DNA of 64,000 nucleotides from Perkinsus olseni (Eukaryota): NCBI GenBank assembly GCA_013115125.1, contig JABANN010000043.1, positions 1 to 64,000 of the forward strand, read 5' to 3'. Shown piece by piece: positions 26,101 to 38,900 of this stretch (position 1 is its first letter; each line of letters starts with the position of its first letter). The notes under the pieces were generated by a model. It saw only the letters and a program-made list of their open reading frames with translations, ran no database searches and was not told where the DNA came from. The position numbers and the translations under genes were made by a program.

Positions 26101-26194
26101 GTATCTTTAGGTTAACCATGCAGTTCACAAATAAAAAGATACTCCTACTACCCATGTTGTTCTTAGAACTCGGTTGGCCTTTCTTCTTACCCAT
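20166..26194 (-). CDS. LSG1: Large-subunit GTPase 1 (circularly permuted GTPase, 60S maturation), multi-exon
   Basis: MGKKK start; SVLERNDLEEF; VRIPRRPHW...FLSWRK; DARDPLFYYC; G4 NKSD before G1 GFPNVGKS; KKVSMSRQPGKTKHLQT; LCDCPGLVFP; AARVVLRDYCIG. Confidence 0.9.
22106..22188 (+). repeat. 23-bp minisatellite (about 3.6 copies) in an LSG1 intron
   Basis: acctaaagatacgctttcactca x3 plus a partial copy; further partial copies near 22058 and 22270. Confidence 0.9.
25058..25140. repeat. Perfect inverted repeat, 28-bp arms, 27-nt spacer (LSG1 intron)
   Basis: attctgaaactcagaatcgattctggat ... atccagaatcgattctgagtttcagaat. Confidence 0.95.
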
Positions 26195-27461
26195 ACCGGA
26201 CAAAACAGGATTCTTCAAACTACAAGTTAGTATGGCAAAAGGCAAATGGCTTGCGCGGGCGCACGCGCTCGTTTCGACGAAACCGACATTCGCAACATTG
26301 TGGTCTTTCTCAGAAAACGCGATATAATGGCTCCCCATCAGACTTATCAAATTCTTCCGGTTGTTCATTCAGATGTCGATTCATTGACAATTAGTTGAAC
26401 TACGTTCGAAGTTCGCTCATCCTCTACCCGATAACTGCTTTGGCTCAGCCAAAACGAGCAGTTGGTCGTTCCAAGCAGCCAAATGGCTGCTTGCCTGCGT
26501 CTACTGGGTCGAGATGCTCCGTTGCAGCAACGTAAAAGTCATTCTTCTTCCTTCTCAGGGGAATCAATTCTGAGAAAAGTTTCCGATTTCTCTCAACACC
26601 CTCACGTGTTTCTTTTTGTGTCCGTGCCTTACTGAGCAGTGAGCGCATTTGTTCACCCCGGATGCTTCTCACGCTTGGCCGCTGCCATGTCTAAAATCTA
26701 CCATGTCAGACGTGTGTAATTCCGTTTCCACTCAATGGTAAAAAAACGCTTGGCCGCTCTCTGGCGTCTACTATGACGGGGTCATGATTCCCACAGTCCA
26801 AGAGAGCAGCATTCTTTGAGAGGGGTCTCGGGCCTTCCGTCCCTAGCTTCATGCGTAATTCTGCCTTTTTCGCCTGTCGCTCGCGATTCCTTGGATTTTG
26901 GTCTTCACCCGTCTTCGCCGCCAAGGTTCTCCTACGAGCAACGTGGAATTCATTCTTAATCCCACTTGGACGCAAGGCTGCGAGAATGAATGTGTCTGAA
27001 CCGTACATGCTCGCTTAAACAATGCCCTCTAAATTTGTTTATTCTCCTTTTCTCATGTTACAGAACGTAACAAATTCCGATTAAACAGACATTGCATCGC
27101 CGCTATCGAGATTCCCCCACAACAAGGTCGAATTCATTCTCTCTTCCGCCCTGCAGGTTTCTGTACCACATAGACGATATTCCTCCGACGTTCAATCCCT
27201 AACGTCTAACGACACTGAGTCATCTTCAGTACAGTAGTTCACCGGAACTTGCTGGTTCTGACCGATATTAGTTCATCGAACGGGAACTGCGTCCTCGCTG
27301 TCGATAAACTGTCCTCAAACATTCCAAAATTCCCTCTAACTTCATCGTGGTAGCTTTCCTACCACAAATTTTCAACTCACCAAAAAATGTTTCTGATGCG
27401 CTATCGAACAACCAGAAAATGCTCAGCGATTTTCTATAAAGTTGTCCATTTCACTTTGTCC

Positions 27462-28070
27462 ATGTCATTACTCGGCATAACGCAACACATCACCGCCCAA
27501 CGCTTCTTGAACACCGCATGGACCAGATATCAGACTCTCCTGCGCTCGAGGCCCTACCTTTCTAACAGTCTCACTGCCGCCGGATTGATGCTTGTAGGAG
27601 ATATCTTGGCGCAGCACCTAGACAAGCGAGCACACGACGAGGTTAAAAGATACGACCCCAAGCGAACGCTCGCTATGGTGGTCAGTACTGCTCTTCTCAT
27701 GCCTCCCTACGTCCCCTTGATGCGTTACCTCGACAGGGCCTTCGCAGCTACCTTTTCTGGAGCGATCAAGAAGAGCGTCTTCAACGCCGCCACCGCTGGT
27801 GTGCTGAGCAACGCGTGGATGATCTTCTCTAGCACGTTCATCGACGCTCTCCTGCGAGGCGAAACGGCGACGGTTGCGAAACGGCTGGGGCGGACAGCGC
27901 TCGCCCGAAAGATTCTCGGGGTTGCTGGTAGTAGTGCGGGCTTCTGGGTGCCGGTGAATACGATGACGTTCTGGATGGTGCCGCCCTACCTGAGGTTAGT
28001 TGTTAATAGCGCTTGTGGGTGTGCATGGTCGTGTATATTGAGCAGCCTGTGTAAGAATAAGGTATCTTGA
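27462..28070 (+). CDS. Mpv17/PMP22 family membrane protein, intronless (ORF open from 27387)
   Basis: RPYLSNSLTAAGLMLVGDILAQ, YDPKRT and FWVPVNTMTFWMVPPYLR...AW..ILS match Mpv17/Sym1 family motifs. Confidence 0.88.
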   Translation: MSLLGITQHITAQRFLNTAWTRYQTLLRSRPYLSNSLTAAGLMLVGDILAQHLDKRAHDEVKRYDPKRTLAMVVSTALLMPPYVPLMRYLDRAFAATFSGAIKKSVFNAATAGVLSNAWMIFSSTFIDALLRGETATVAKRLGRTALARKILGVAGSSAGFWVPVNTMTFWMVPPYLRLVVNSACGCAWSCILSSLCKNKVS

Positions 28071-28645
28071 GCTTGACCGTGCAAGATACAAATAAGGTCA
28101 GGGCCGGGTGAGATCGCGCGATCGTCAATCGATCAGCCTGATGTTGAGAGGTAGGGTACCTCTCCCATCCCACATTTCTGCATGACTTTTCGCCTACCAG
28201 CCACTGCCATGTAGCATCACATTGCCGTTCCTACTGTGCATTCCTTCGTTCTCACTGAACCTCACTTAACTTTTGTACAGGCTTCCACGCCGATCTAACC
28301 GCTTTTGCGTTAAGCCGATGAACTAAAAATCTTGCAAATCTTGCACCACCTTGCATTTCCTCCACGCCACTATGCTAGGGCTGCAGAGAGCCCAGGAAAC
28401 CTTTTCCCTTTCGGCTAGGAGCTTAAGTGCTGCCCTCGCGTATACGACACTGCTCGCTCGTCTCTGCATTTAGTCAGCCTCTCACCTTGTTCGCATCGTC
28501 AATTGGCGTGGAACTATTCGTCAAAGTTGAAGCTTAGTGTTCTCGTCACCCACGCTACGCTCTCTGTGTGCACGTTGAAAGCGATCCGTCTTCCGGGTAT
28601 CCTTCATTTAACCCTATCAGTGTTTAACTGCATTTCCACATCAGC

Positions 28646-28989
28646 ATGTCAACCACTTCCCGCCGAAGTAAGCCTGCCATCCTCCCTTCACTTTCGATGA
28701 GGAATCTTTCTTTTCAGCTGCCGAGGTCTTGCTGATGATCGTGTTGATCATCTTCACTTGCGGTGCCTGGTCCAACAACGGTCCGGCTCTCGAGTGGCTC
28801 ACGGTCCTCATTTTCTTCTTCTCGGTTTACATCACTGGTAGGTTCCCCTGCAGTCATTGCAGTTTTCCTTTACGTCACCTTTCAGATTTGGTGTTCTTCC
28901 CTATTGACAAGACCTTCATTCACGACCCCTTCTACTCGACATACGCGAAGCTCACAGATCCCCACTACGAGACCAACCCCTACAACTAA
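28646..28989 (+). CDS. Small 3-exon membrane protein, unknown function
   Basis: ATG, gtaagc..ttttcag and gtaggt..tttcag introns join two hydrophobic segments and FIHDPFYSTYAKLTDPHY; stop at 28987-28989. Confidence 0.55.
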
Positions 28990-29903
28990 GTACGTTTGTC
29001 AAAAATCTTCGACGTGCGCTCATTGGTATCTCTTGTAGGTACTAAGTACTATCGAGGGAGTGACCCCTTAGAAGGTGGTCGAACCTTTGTGAAGCTTCCC
29101 TCTGCTCTTACCTTCGCCATTGCGGCTGTCCGAGTCCATTTTCCCTAGATGGCGATGACTTCGACGACAGTCGCTAGCGTTAGTTGACAAGAGCAGCTGC
29201 AGTGGGTTGCGCGATTTTTTCGCTACTTCGTCTTCTTCCTGTACCTTTGCGAAGAGTGCGAGTGAACGCTGTATAGCATTTTACGCGTAAGTTCGCATCA
29301 CACGCGGCTTGTTGCGTTTTTGTAAAGTGGAAAATTGGTCCGACGGTGGTTCGGATGGGGTCAGGTGTGTGGCAGTTGACAATGTCCATGGCTAACTATG
29401 CTCTATTAATTTCCCAACGATAGTTTTTAATACGGGCCCACCAGCGGTGACTTGGCTATTTTGTCGGCCTCGTGTTCGCCACATGGAGAATTGATCGTGC
29501 TTGAGGCCGATTAGAAAGCGGGGTAGTGCTGAGTTCATTGTGATATGCTGTAATGCATTGGTACCAAACGACTGCTGTATTGAATTCACGGTCCATCGAT
29601 TCATCTGCGGTTCATGTAACGGCATGGGGTTTGGGGTCCCTTTGGGTTTCTGCCATCTCGGAATGAGTATTGTGAAGGGTGTTTCAGCTGAGTGTGAGTG
29701 ATTTCGGAGGCGGGTTTGTGCTGAAACATCCTCCAAGTTTATGCGGCAATATAGACCGGTACACCGATCACGGCCGATTCTTAGTAGGGCCCTACCGTGG
29801 CGGTAGTACTGACGTGCAGCGCTGCTGAAGTGCAAAGTTTTGGGCTACGCCGTTGATGGATAGGGTGTCAGGATGGCTTTGAAATAGGATTTTGTTATAG
29901 ATG

Positions 29904-29976
29904 TACCCTACCCGGGGATCGAACCCGGAATCTCCACCTTAGGAGGGTGGCGCCTTATCCATTGGGCCAGCAGGGC
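29904..29976 (-). tRNA. tRNA-Arg(CCT)
   Basis: GCCCTGC acceptor, TGGCCCAATGG A-box, anticodon arm CCACC-CTCCTAA-GGTGG, GGGTTCGATCCC; 73 nt; divergent from the SDR gene. Confidence 0.93.
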
Positions 29977-30099
29977 GGATGTTAATCATGCTTTCCAGTA
30001 TTGGGAGTGAACCGCCTGGATGATAATCTCGGTAACATAGTCTCGTTACACTCGATTTGCGTCGTGCCTGGTACTTTTTCGACGTTGTCTCTATCAACA

Positions 30100-32278
30100 A
30101 TGTCCTCTCACCCTCTAAGTCGCTACGATGGCCGTCTGTGTGTCGTAACCGCCTCCACAGCTGGGATCGGCAAAGCCATCGCCAAGAGGATGCTGCTGGA
30201 GGGCGGAAAAGTCGTGGTAAGCAAATTGAGCTTCGAGCCACCTAGAGTCGGTCTATCAGCCCTTCTAGTCAAAATCGGAATCTATCCCCCTTCTCACCAC
30301 GCGCTGCTGCTGTTCAGATATCGTCCAGGAAACAGGCCTCCGTTGATGATGCTCTCGCTGAACTCAAGCCGGAATTCGGCGATCGCGTGATTGGTAGGAC
30401 GACACTCCATTCACTGTCTCCTCGGTCGTTGATGTTCAAGATGATGAATTTCAACTTCGCTTCGCCGGACCCCTCCATGGTGGTCTCTGTGCTCAGGTGT
30501 GGTTTGTAACGTTTCGAAAGCAGATGACCGTGCCACCCTGCTCAAAGCCGCACTGTCTTTTGGAGACGGGAAGATAGACGTTTTGGTGAGCTACTCTACA
30601 GCATGGGGTCAGTGAATCCAACGCCGGTCGATTGTTCGATTCACGCCAATAATGATAATACTAGACAAAATATTTAGGCTGTAAACGATATATATAATTA
30701 GGCTAACTTCGTGAGGAGGTGGCGGAGCTCCCTCAGCGAAGACGTTTGGTTTAAGGAGTTGCGCTGCGTTTCGCTGGAGCTGGGATTAAAGCATAACAGC
30801 AGTTTAATACACCATATCAATATCTAAACTGCATTCATCTATAGTAAAATACTGCTCGACGCAGCTTCTACTGAAGAATCGTTGTGAAGGTGCATCGCCT
30901 TAATTCGAAGAAAAAACCCGGCTTCTTCCGCGAGTCATCACCGAGAAGGCCCCTGTTACTTCAGGTTTCCAATGCGGCCTCGAGCATCACGATCGGCCCA
31001 ACAGATAATTGTGACGACCAGCAGTGGGACAAGATGTTCGAGAACAACGTGAAGTCCGCGTGGCAGTTGACGAAGGAGTTCAAACCACATCTTAGAAGAG
31101 GCAGCGGCGCCATCTTATTCGTCACCAGCATTGCCGCGTAAGTGTTTCCCGCTGGCCTTTTCCGAAGGGACTCGCGAAAGCAGTGTTCTCGCGACCGTTT
31201 GGGAATGATGCGACTTCAATGGAATGTTGTAGTTGCCAGCATCCTGTCACGTCTTGTGGCTAGACGTGCACACTTTGCTTTGTGCAATAAGGTGAGAGAA
31301 GGCGTGGGAATCGATAGTCTACTTTCATGGCTTTTCCCACCCATCTGCTGTAGATCGAAAGCGTATTGTGAAGGCAAGGTGTCTGCAGCGAGACATCCCT
31401 TCGTCAGTAAAAAACATGAATCGAGCAGTGTTCACTCCTGAATGTATTCACGGATTCATGTCACTGTTCGCTCACATGAATCAGTAGCCCTACTGAGCCT
31501 GTGAAGGCACAGCGGCACACGCCCGTGGCGGGCACCCGTAGGAAGTTTATCTTCGGAAATCCACCTTCTCTGTACTGGCGTTCCGGGCACATCTCGTTCA
31601 GTCAGAAGTACTTCGCCCTAGAGCTCGATCAATGCCAAGGTCGGACGAGATTCATGTCGAGTTGTCCTAATCCTTGCACCTCACCTCGCTCTAATGCGTC
31701 ATGCCAGACACTACGTTTCGGAGAGGCTTCGAGCACTAATATTCTCCATAGGTTCTCCCTTATGTCCCCTCTCGCCGTCTATGGCGTCACTAAAACAGCG
31801 CTCACTGGGCTCATGAAGGCCCTCGCGCAAGAACTGGGTGAGACCCGCAGCCTTCGTCTACATCTGTTCATTTCGGACCGTCCTCTGTGAAAAAGAGATC
31901 CGCTTTTCGTCGAAACTACAGTAGCATCCTGCGCGCTGTTCCCGTAGGTCCAGAAGGGATACGAGTAAATGCTCTCGCTCCAGGCGTTGTCAAAACAAAG
32001 TGAGTGAACCGTCTCGACGCTCGGTCATGAGTAAACGATGAGCGTCGTTCAGGTTCAGCGAATTACTGTGGAAAAATAAAGGAGCCAGTGAACTCTGGTC
32101 CGGCCAGTCTATGCTCAATCGCGTTGCCGAACCGGTAAGGCGTGCTCCTCTAACGGTTTGTAGCTTCCCTTGGTAGGAGGAGATGGCGGGCCCGGCAGCC
32201 TTCCTGTGTTCGTCCGATGCCTCCTACGTCACTGGAGAGACCCTCATCGCATCCGGCGGAGTTAGCTCCCGACTCTGA
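30100..32278 (+). CDS. Short-chain dehydrogenase/reductase, DHRS4-like, with PTS1 (SRL); 8 exons
   Basis: TASTAGIGKAIA; ISSRKQASVD; VSNAA; YGVTK; IRVNALAPGVVKTKFS; FLCSSDASYVTGE; ends GGVSSRL*. Confidence 0.92.
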
Positions 32279-32409
32279 TTTTTTATCTCAGTTTTCATGG
32301 TTGTAAAGACGCGCGAGTTGACTTGAGTTAATCTCTCAAGGGTCTTTCTAACGCGTCTTTCTTTCTAATTGTGAATGGCTGCTTACTCGAAAGGTCTCGA
32401 GCATAAATC

Positions 32410-35400
32410 TCATGCTAGTCGGCGGTGCCAACCCTCCCTTGTTCGTATCATAACTACACAAGACGACTTCGGGAGTACACAATTGGTCGGATGAGAAACA
32501 TTAGACAGTGGCCGTTCCGCTGGGGCGTTTACTGCCCATCTTCTTCTGATTTTCCTAAGAAAAGCAGCAGCCTGGCTCACTTCCTGCTTGCACAACCATC
32601 ACTCACCCAGAACATCTGCGACACCGATTTCTGTTCGTAGATGCGCAACATGACCTCAGCGAGGACCTGGCCCAGAGAGAGAACCTGAAAACGGCATAGA
32701 CGACGAACTCGTATGGCGAAGAGCACCAGCTTACTCTGATTTTTTCACATTTCCGAGCATGCTCAGGGAACGGCAGGGAGTTGGTGATGACCACTTCCGT
32801 GACACCCCTCTTGTTGATCCTCTCCATCGCCGCCGGTGACAGGACGCCATGGGTAGCGTACATGTAGATTCTAAAGATTGGAGACAGCGGAACTTTGCAC
32901 GATACATTTCGTTATTGTGTAGAAGAGTTCATGATAACATGATTGTTGATTTCTTCCCGAAGACAATACCGGCATGGACCTTGGAGCAAATGCTGTTTGA
33001 GATAACTACTGTCGTGCATACTGATGAAAATAAACATTAGTGAGCAGCCGCTGTTTGCTAATGTATATTTTCGTTAGCAAAAAGTTTCTACTGCTGTAGT
33101 TTTCAGCACTATCCGTCGTCCGACACCGAATTCGCTTCCGATAGTTTCATTTTCCCTGTCGATTGGCGCTACTGTCTTCGTCCAGAGGCACTCAGACGTA
33201 AGCGACGGATGGAAGTGGTTACCTTCGTGCGCCGTGTTGTCTCAAATCCTTCACTGTGCGAGACATCCTCTTCGCGCTGTCGATGATGTCATCAACGATA
33301 ATACAGTCACGGCCCTCCACTAAGAAGAGACACCAATACTCAAGCTTAACCTCTTTCGTATCTCTCGTGAATCGACCTGAGATTCACTCACCATCTCCCA
33401 CGAGCCAATCTTTCGTCACCAAGCTCGCTAACGACTTCTTCCACCCAGACGGCATGATCACTTGCTGAAAATGACAAAAAGTTCCCCACTTTCCGGCGGA
33501 GCGAAGCACTCACTGTTCCATCAGCAGACAAGTGTGGCTTCCCCGATATCGGAGCCTCCGAAGCAGCAACGCCGTCCTTTCCCGCAATCGTAACAGCCTC
33601 GTCCGGTGATCTCTCGGCGAGTTGCGACTTGCCTGCGGGAGAAGTGTAGGCAAATGCCGACCAACAGTCGATCAGGCAGAGGACGAAAAACCGATTGGTT
33701 TGTGTAAGATTTTTCTGAGTGAATACACTGTTCGAAAACCTCTCGACGACTACCCGATTTTCGCGCTAAATTGTAGACCAAGACGGACACGAAGAGCATC
33801 ATACCATGGAGGATTCTCTGTAGATTCAGAATCTTCATTGGTATGTGATATTTGATCGATAAGCTCTGATTGTTTGAATGGACAAGATTGACACTGAGGG
33901 TGGAGGGGTGTGATTTGGGAGACTTACGGTTGGAAACCATCGTCGCAAGGCCGCAGTTGATGCCATGATTTTGCAGTCGTCGCCAGAAAAGGAAGGCTCT
34001 GGGAAAAATGGTCGAAAAAGAACTTCGCTCCGCTAGGCCTTTTCTCACCTGTCGCTCGCAGTGCTGTCGGGAGCAACAACGACTGGGTCGTGGAGGTCTT
34101 TGCCGAGGAAGTACTTCAAAGGCAATCCAAGTGGATCAATGTTAGTGACGGGAACGTCAAAACAACTGTAAAAATGCCATTACTAGGATTCGAACCCGAG
34201 ACCTCCGTCTTACCCTTCTAAGCTGCCTTCGTGCAGATCCACTGTGACAACCCTGTCGACGCCCATCGCTTCATACATGAGGGCGATGTCGCTTGCGGCC
34301 AGGGGAGTCGCCGGCTGAGTCATGGCCGGGTCACCCGCTACACCCTCAGACTCCATGTGCCTGACGAGACCAACTCATTCGCGTCATCACATTGACGAAT
34401 CGTCAAGTCTAAGATTTGTTTCCCGTTCCCGTTTAGAACGAGAAAAATCCCTTTATCGTGGAAGTGAGAAAGGGAAGCCACGGGAAAGATTAGTAGTCTA
34501 GTTTACGATCTAAGATAAGTTACCCAACATGATCTAAGAATAGGACAGCAGTGGCTGCATGACTCATACACGAAGAATGAGATCACTCCATAGCGAAGCA
34601 AGGGTCCCCAGGCTTTGACGACGGCAAGGTTCCCGTGGTCGGCATAGGGGAGGAGAGGACTCACCTAGCGTATGCGAAGTACGGCGTGATGAGGGTGATG
34701 GTTCGGGCGCTGGCACGACGAAGAGCTGAGATCTGGTGAAAGAATGGTAGGCGAAGAGAGAACGTCGAGAGAGGGTTGCTTACCATGAGATAAGACTCCA
34801 TGATGGCGTCGTGAAGGCACTTGCTGCGGGATACACCGCTCTTCTTACTGATGGGGAATTGCTGAGAAAGGTGTGGTATGAAGCCATACGGTCGGAGGCA
34901 GGCATTGGAAGCCAATATCAGATGCGAGATATCTCGAAGCTGCATCCTGGCCACCCGATGAGTGTGAGAAGCGAGGAAGGTTAAAGCGTGCACGACACAA
35001 AGAAAAAGATACTACCTGTATAATGAAGCAGTCCTGACCGCGGACCTCGTCGAGGATATTAACGATAACCTCGCCATCAGCAAACCTGCACGACGATCAT
35101 ACAAGGTACCACCACCACCGAGCGCCGCTCTCGGAGACGTTACAACGCTCCCTCTCCCGAGAGGCGCGTTACACCGATTTCACTACGCACAGACACGCGG
35201 ACTCACTTTCCAGTGTAAGCCCGTCCCTTAGTGGTACCCAGATTGGCACAGATCTCCGACGCGAGCTGCTCCGAGTCGGAGCAAGCAAACACTTTCATAT
35301 CTGAACGACACGGCAGTCCAACTTTATCGACAACGCTCCTCTTACATTTGTGCTTCCCAGGATCTACGTAGTACTCCTCGGTCTCTTCCGACTCGGGTTC

Positions 35401-35529
35401 ATCATCCGCTTGCGCCCGTAGGGGTTGCTCTTGCGGTCGTGGGGGACCTGGAGAAGACGCAGGTTCGAACCCCGGTGGCGGTATTTTTCCCATCGCTACC
35501 GCTCTCGTTGTCAGCGGTTGCGCTAGCAT
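32410..35529 (-). CDS. Ribose-phosphate pyrophosphokinase family protein, divergent; ends approximate
   Basis: FADGEVIVNILDEVRGQDCFIIQ; ALRRASARTITLITPYFAYAR; VTVDLH; IIVDDIIDS; YATHGVLS; EVVITNSLP. Confidence 0.88.
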
Positions 35530-35999
35530 GCTCTTCCCTTGAAGGGTTGGGTGCCATGAATGAAGAGAAGTCGCCTAAGACGCACGAATCTTGCTATCTT
35601 GCAATTCCTCAACGGCGACACTACCTAATCCAGGAATATAATTCGACTTTTGCTTCTCCTCCAGCCATGCTACCCCCATAGGGGTGGCCAGGAGCCCCAG
35701 AGCCGTAGCCAGTCCGAATAAACCTGATAAGATCCGGTAAGATACGCGTATCTTCGAGTGTTAGTTGGTTGTGATTGTGAAAGGAAATGAAGCTACGTTA
35801 ACATGACAACGGACACACGAAAGAATCAATAAGCGCGAGTTAGCGTTATCAGAGTTGAAGCTGAAGTAGTTGTTTTCCTAACGACTCTTCATCGTACAAC
35901 AGGCATCCTTCAGGTCGCTTTCGCCAATAAATTTCAGACAGGAATCGATATCTCGGTGAGGTAGCTGAGAGTAAATAGTAGGTAACCCCGGCGGCCGGG

Positions 36000-38900
36000 G
36001 CCCGGCCCACGCGGTTTTGCGATGATCGTCGATTCGGCGGCGCTCGGCGCTGTGGCAGAGTTGACGAGGCCACGTCTGACCCCAGGTGTTGCAGATGTAG
36101 CCATATAGAGCTTCGATGTCTCCTCCTCGCCATAAGGTCCCCCTGGTTGGCTCACTGGTGGACTCGGTGGCGGACCCAGTGACGGAGCTGCCAGACTCGT
36201 CGCTCTCGCTTCCGACCTCGATCTCGATAACTTTTGGTCATCCCCCGACTTCAGATGAGTTTCCCCTAAATTATTCCACCATCAGTACCGTTGTCGACGT
36301 TGTACTGCCTCCCCGACCGAAACACAGAAGTACAAAGGAGGAAGGTTGCGATCGTTGCGAGTATTCACCAGGTCAACTCTTTCCTGTCAACTTTCCCCGA
36401 GCAAGTTGACACCTCATCATCCACTGAACCCTTATAGATGGCCTTGATAGACGACGCGGTCACTCGAAGCATCACACGCCCGGGTCCCGAACTACAGAAG
36501 TCGCAATCGTGTATCGTAAACCTGCTCAGTCAATCGACGTCCCCATCCGTCCTGTCCTCGGTCCTCTCGGGTAGAAATGTAAACACGTCGTCGGTGGGCT
36601 TGACGTAACTCTAATGTGTGGGTCGTCGAACGCTTTATGATAGTAGTATGCCTCGCTCGATCCAATTGGCAAGGAAAAGACACTAGCAGAACAGCCATGG
36701 TAGAATAGCCAAGCTATGAGTCACGGCGAGATCACCAAGCTTTTGCGACCAAAAGCGCTGAGACAGAAGATGGAAAACCCGGGGACCTCTATGTCCAGTC
36801 TGCAGAGAGAAAGTTGCACATTCTATGACTCTCGTCTTCATACAAACGCCAAGCTGCATGAAGGACTATGCCAGAACGTGAGCATCACGAGGAACCCAAT
36901 ATCGAGAGAAAGGTAGAGAAAATTTTGAAATTTCACGACTTTCCTTTTCACAATTACATAACACGAAAGTGCCCAAAAGAGTGAAAATAAGACGGCCTAC
37001 CTGAACCAGCCGTAGTAAATTTCTCCTTCCGTGCCAGGTGCTTCCACACTGTTCCATTACTCCCTCTCGGAAGCCGACCCGCCGAGATCGAAGCCATCGC
37101 CCGCGTAATCCATGGCAGCATTTTCGCCCAGTTTTACTACCAAGGACAGTGCCACACGATCAGAAATAAATCTGAACTCTGAAACCAAATACATCATCTC
37201 CCGTACACGGTCGAAGACCCTATCCAGTCCTCAAACCCAAAACATCACATTGAAACTGCTCAGCTCAAATTTGTATATCTTACATGCGAATTGAAAAAAA
37301 CGTTACGCAAGGAGAGAAGCTCGACCCGCCTTCGGAACGCACGGTCATTGATCAGAACTGGATCTGAACTCTGAGACCAAACACAATATCTCCCCTCCAC
37401 GACGATGGCCACATTCGAACTCAAAACTTCACACTTTGAAAATTACTCAGCTTAAACTAGTATATGAATTTACGTGTAACTTGAAAAAAATTACGGCCGT
37501 GTTTACTTCGAGGCGACGGAAGCCGTTCGACTGGCCTTCGGAACCCACGGCCATTCATCAGAATCTGTACAACAGAAAAATCCGAAATACCCATCCGAGT
37601 GAGACTTCGCACCAGACACGAGCTGCTCAACTCGGGACAGAACTTCCCGTCTGGAGCTTCCATAGAAGAGAATCTCAGCATGAACACCGTCGGGTATCCA
37701 ATACACGGACAGCGGAGCGAAGCGCCTAGGAAAGAACGATTTTCGAAATTTCCCATCCTCACGCTCAGAGCCTCACTCTGTCACAGATTCTCCGTTTATC
37801 TCGGCGATTTCAGCCCGCTCCAACCTGTGGACGCGAACAGGGACGCAGGTTCGATCCCCAGCGGCGGCTACTTACTTTTCAACGCCAAGCAAATTCCTCG
37901 TTGAGTGAGCAGGCGCGATGAAGTCGTTGCCGCAGAGGGTAATATGGGTCGGCACGTCTCGGAGGTCCTCCGGCCAGATGATGTTCTAAATCGACGATAA
38001 TGAACTCCACGCTACACAACGCGAGGAAAATAATAAATTTGTGACAGCCAAATCTAAGAAAATTTTCCCATTAAATTCAACACAGTTCTTCTGCCACTGG
38101 GCCGAGCAATTTTTTCGCTCAGCTTTGCTGTCTACCCTTCAGACTACGCTGGTACCACTTTTATCTCGCCCGTCCAATACCATTCTTCATGGGAATATGG
38201 CAAGATTCCCGGCAAAAGCTTTTCTCAAATCCCTCAGCACGTTGCTAGACGGAGATCACTGAGAAGGGCTCACCTCCTCCCAAAAGAAGTTTCGACAGAA
38301 CGTGTGCACCGTGTAAAGCTCCCTCAAAGAGAAGTAGGTTGCCAGTGCTCCGAACGGTTCAGAATGATCCTGAGGGCGGAGGTTGATCGGACACCGCCAT
38401 CGGAAAACGCAGTCTCACGATTTTCAACGCGTTGTGGAGAAGGTCACTCTTAACGAGGAGAAAGTTCACCGGGTCCACCAGAGACAACGACCGGACTATC
38501 GATGGTTGATAGGCCTGACAGAGGTCAACCCATCGACAGCCAGGGCGAAGTCAAGATACTACCAGTATCCACCGGCTAAGGATACAGCCGAAGCTGTGAC
38601 CAATCTGAGATGAGATCGAGGAAAAACGAAATCCATTGCAGAGCGTTAAGCCCTTACCACATGACAGTGACTGTATCGCCAGGCCCTGAGCATGTCTATC
38701 ACGCAAGCACTCATCTCCCTCGCTGATGGAAGGTTCACGAACGGCCGGCATGCAATCTGAGTTCAATAAGCCACTGGAGATGCCCGGCGGTGTGTGCAGG
38801 GAGTACATAGGGATCTCCACAGCGGGAATTGCACAAAAATTTCCAGTGTATTCTCAACGGAAACGATAATTTCTCGAAATTTTCACCAAAAACTGGCGGA

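Noticed and set aside
27462-32278. Peroxisomal gene cluster (Mpv17/PMP22 plus PTS1-bearing SDR)
   Set aside because: Only two genes, and many Mpv17-family members are mitochondrial; adjacency is probably chance
35702-35712. CCGTAGCCA resembling the start of a perkinsid/dinoflagellate spliced leader
   Set aside because: Only 9 nt match; the rest of the leader is absent
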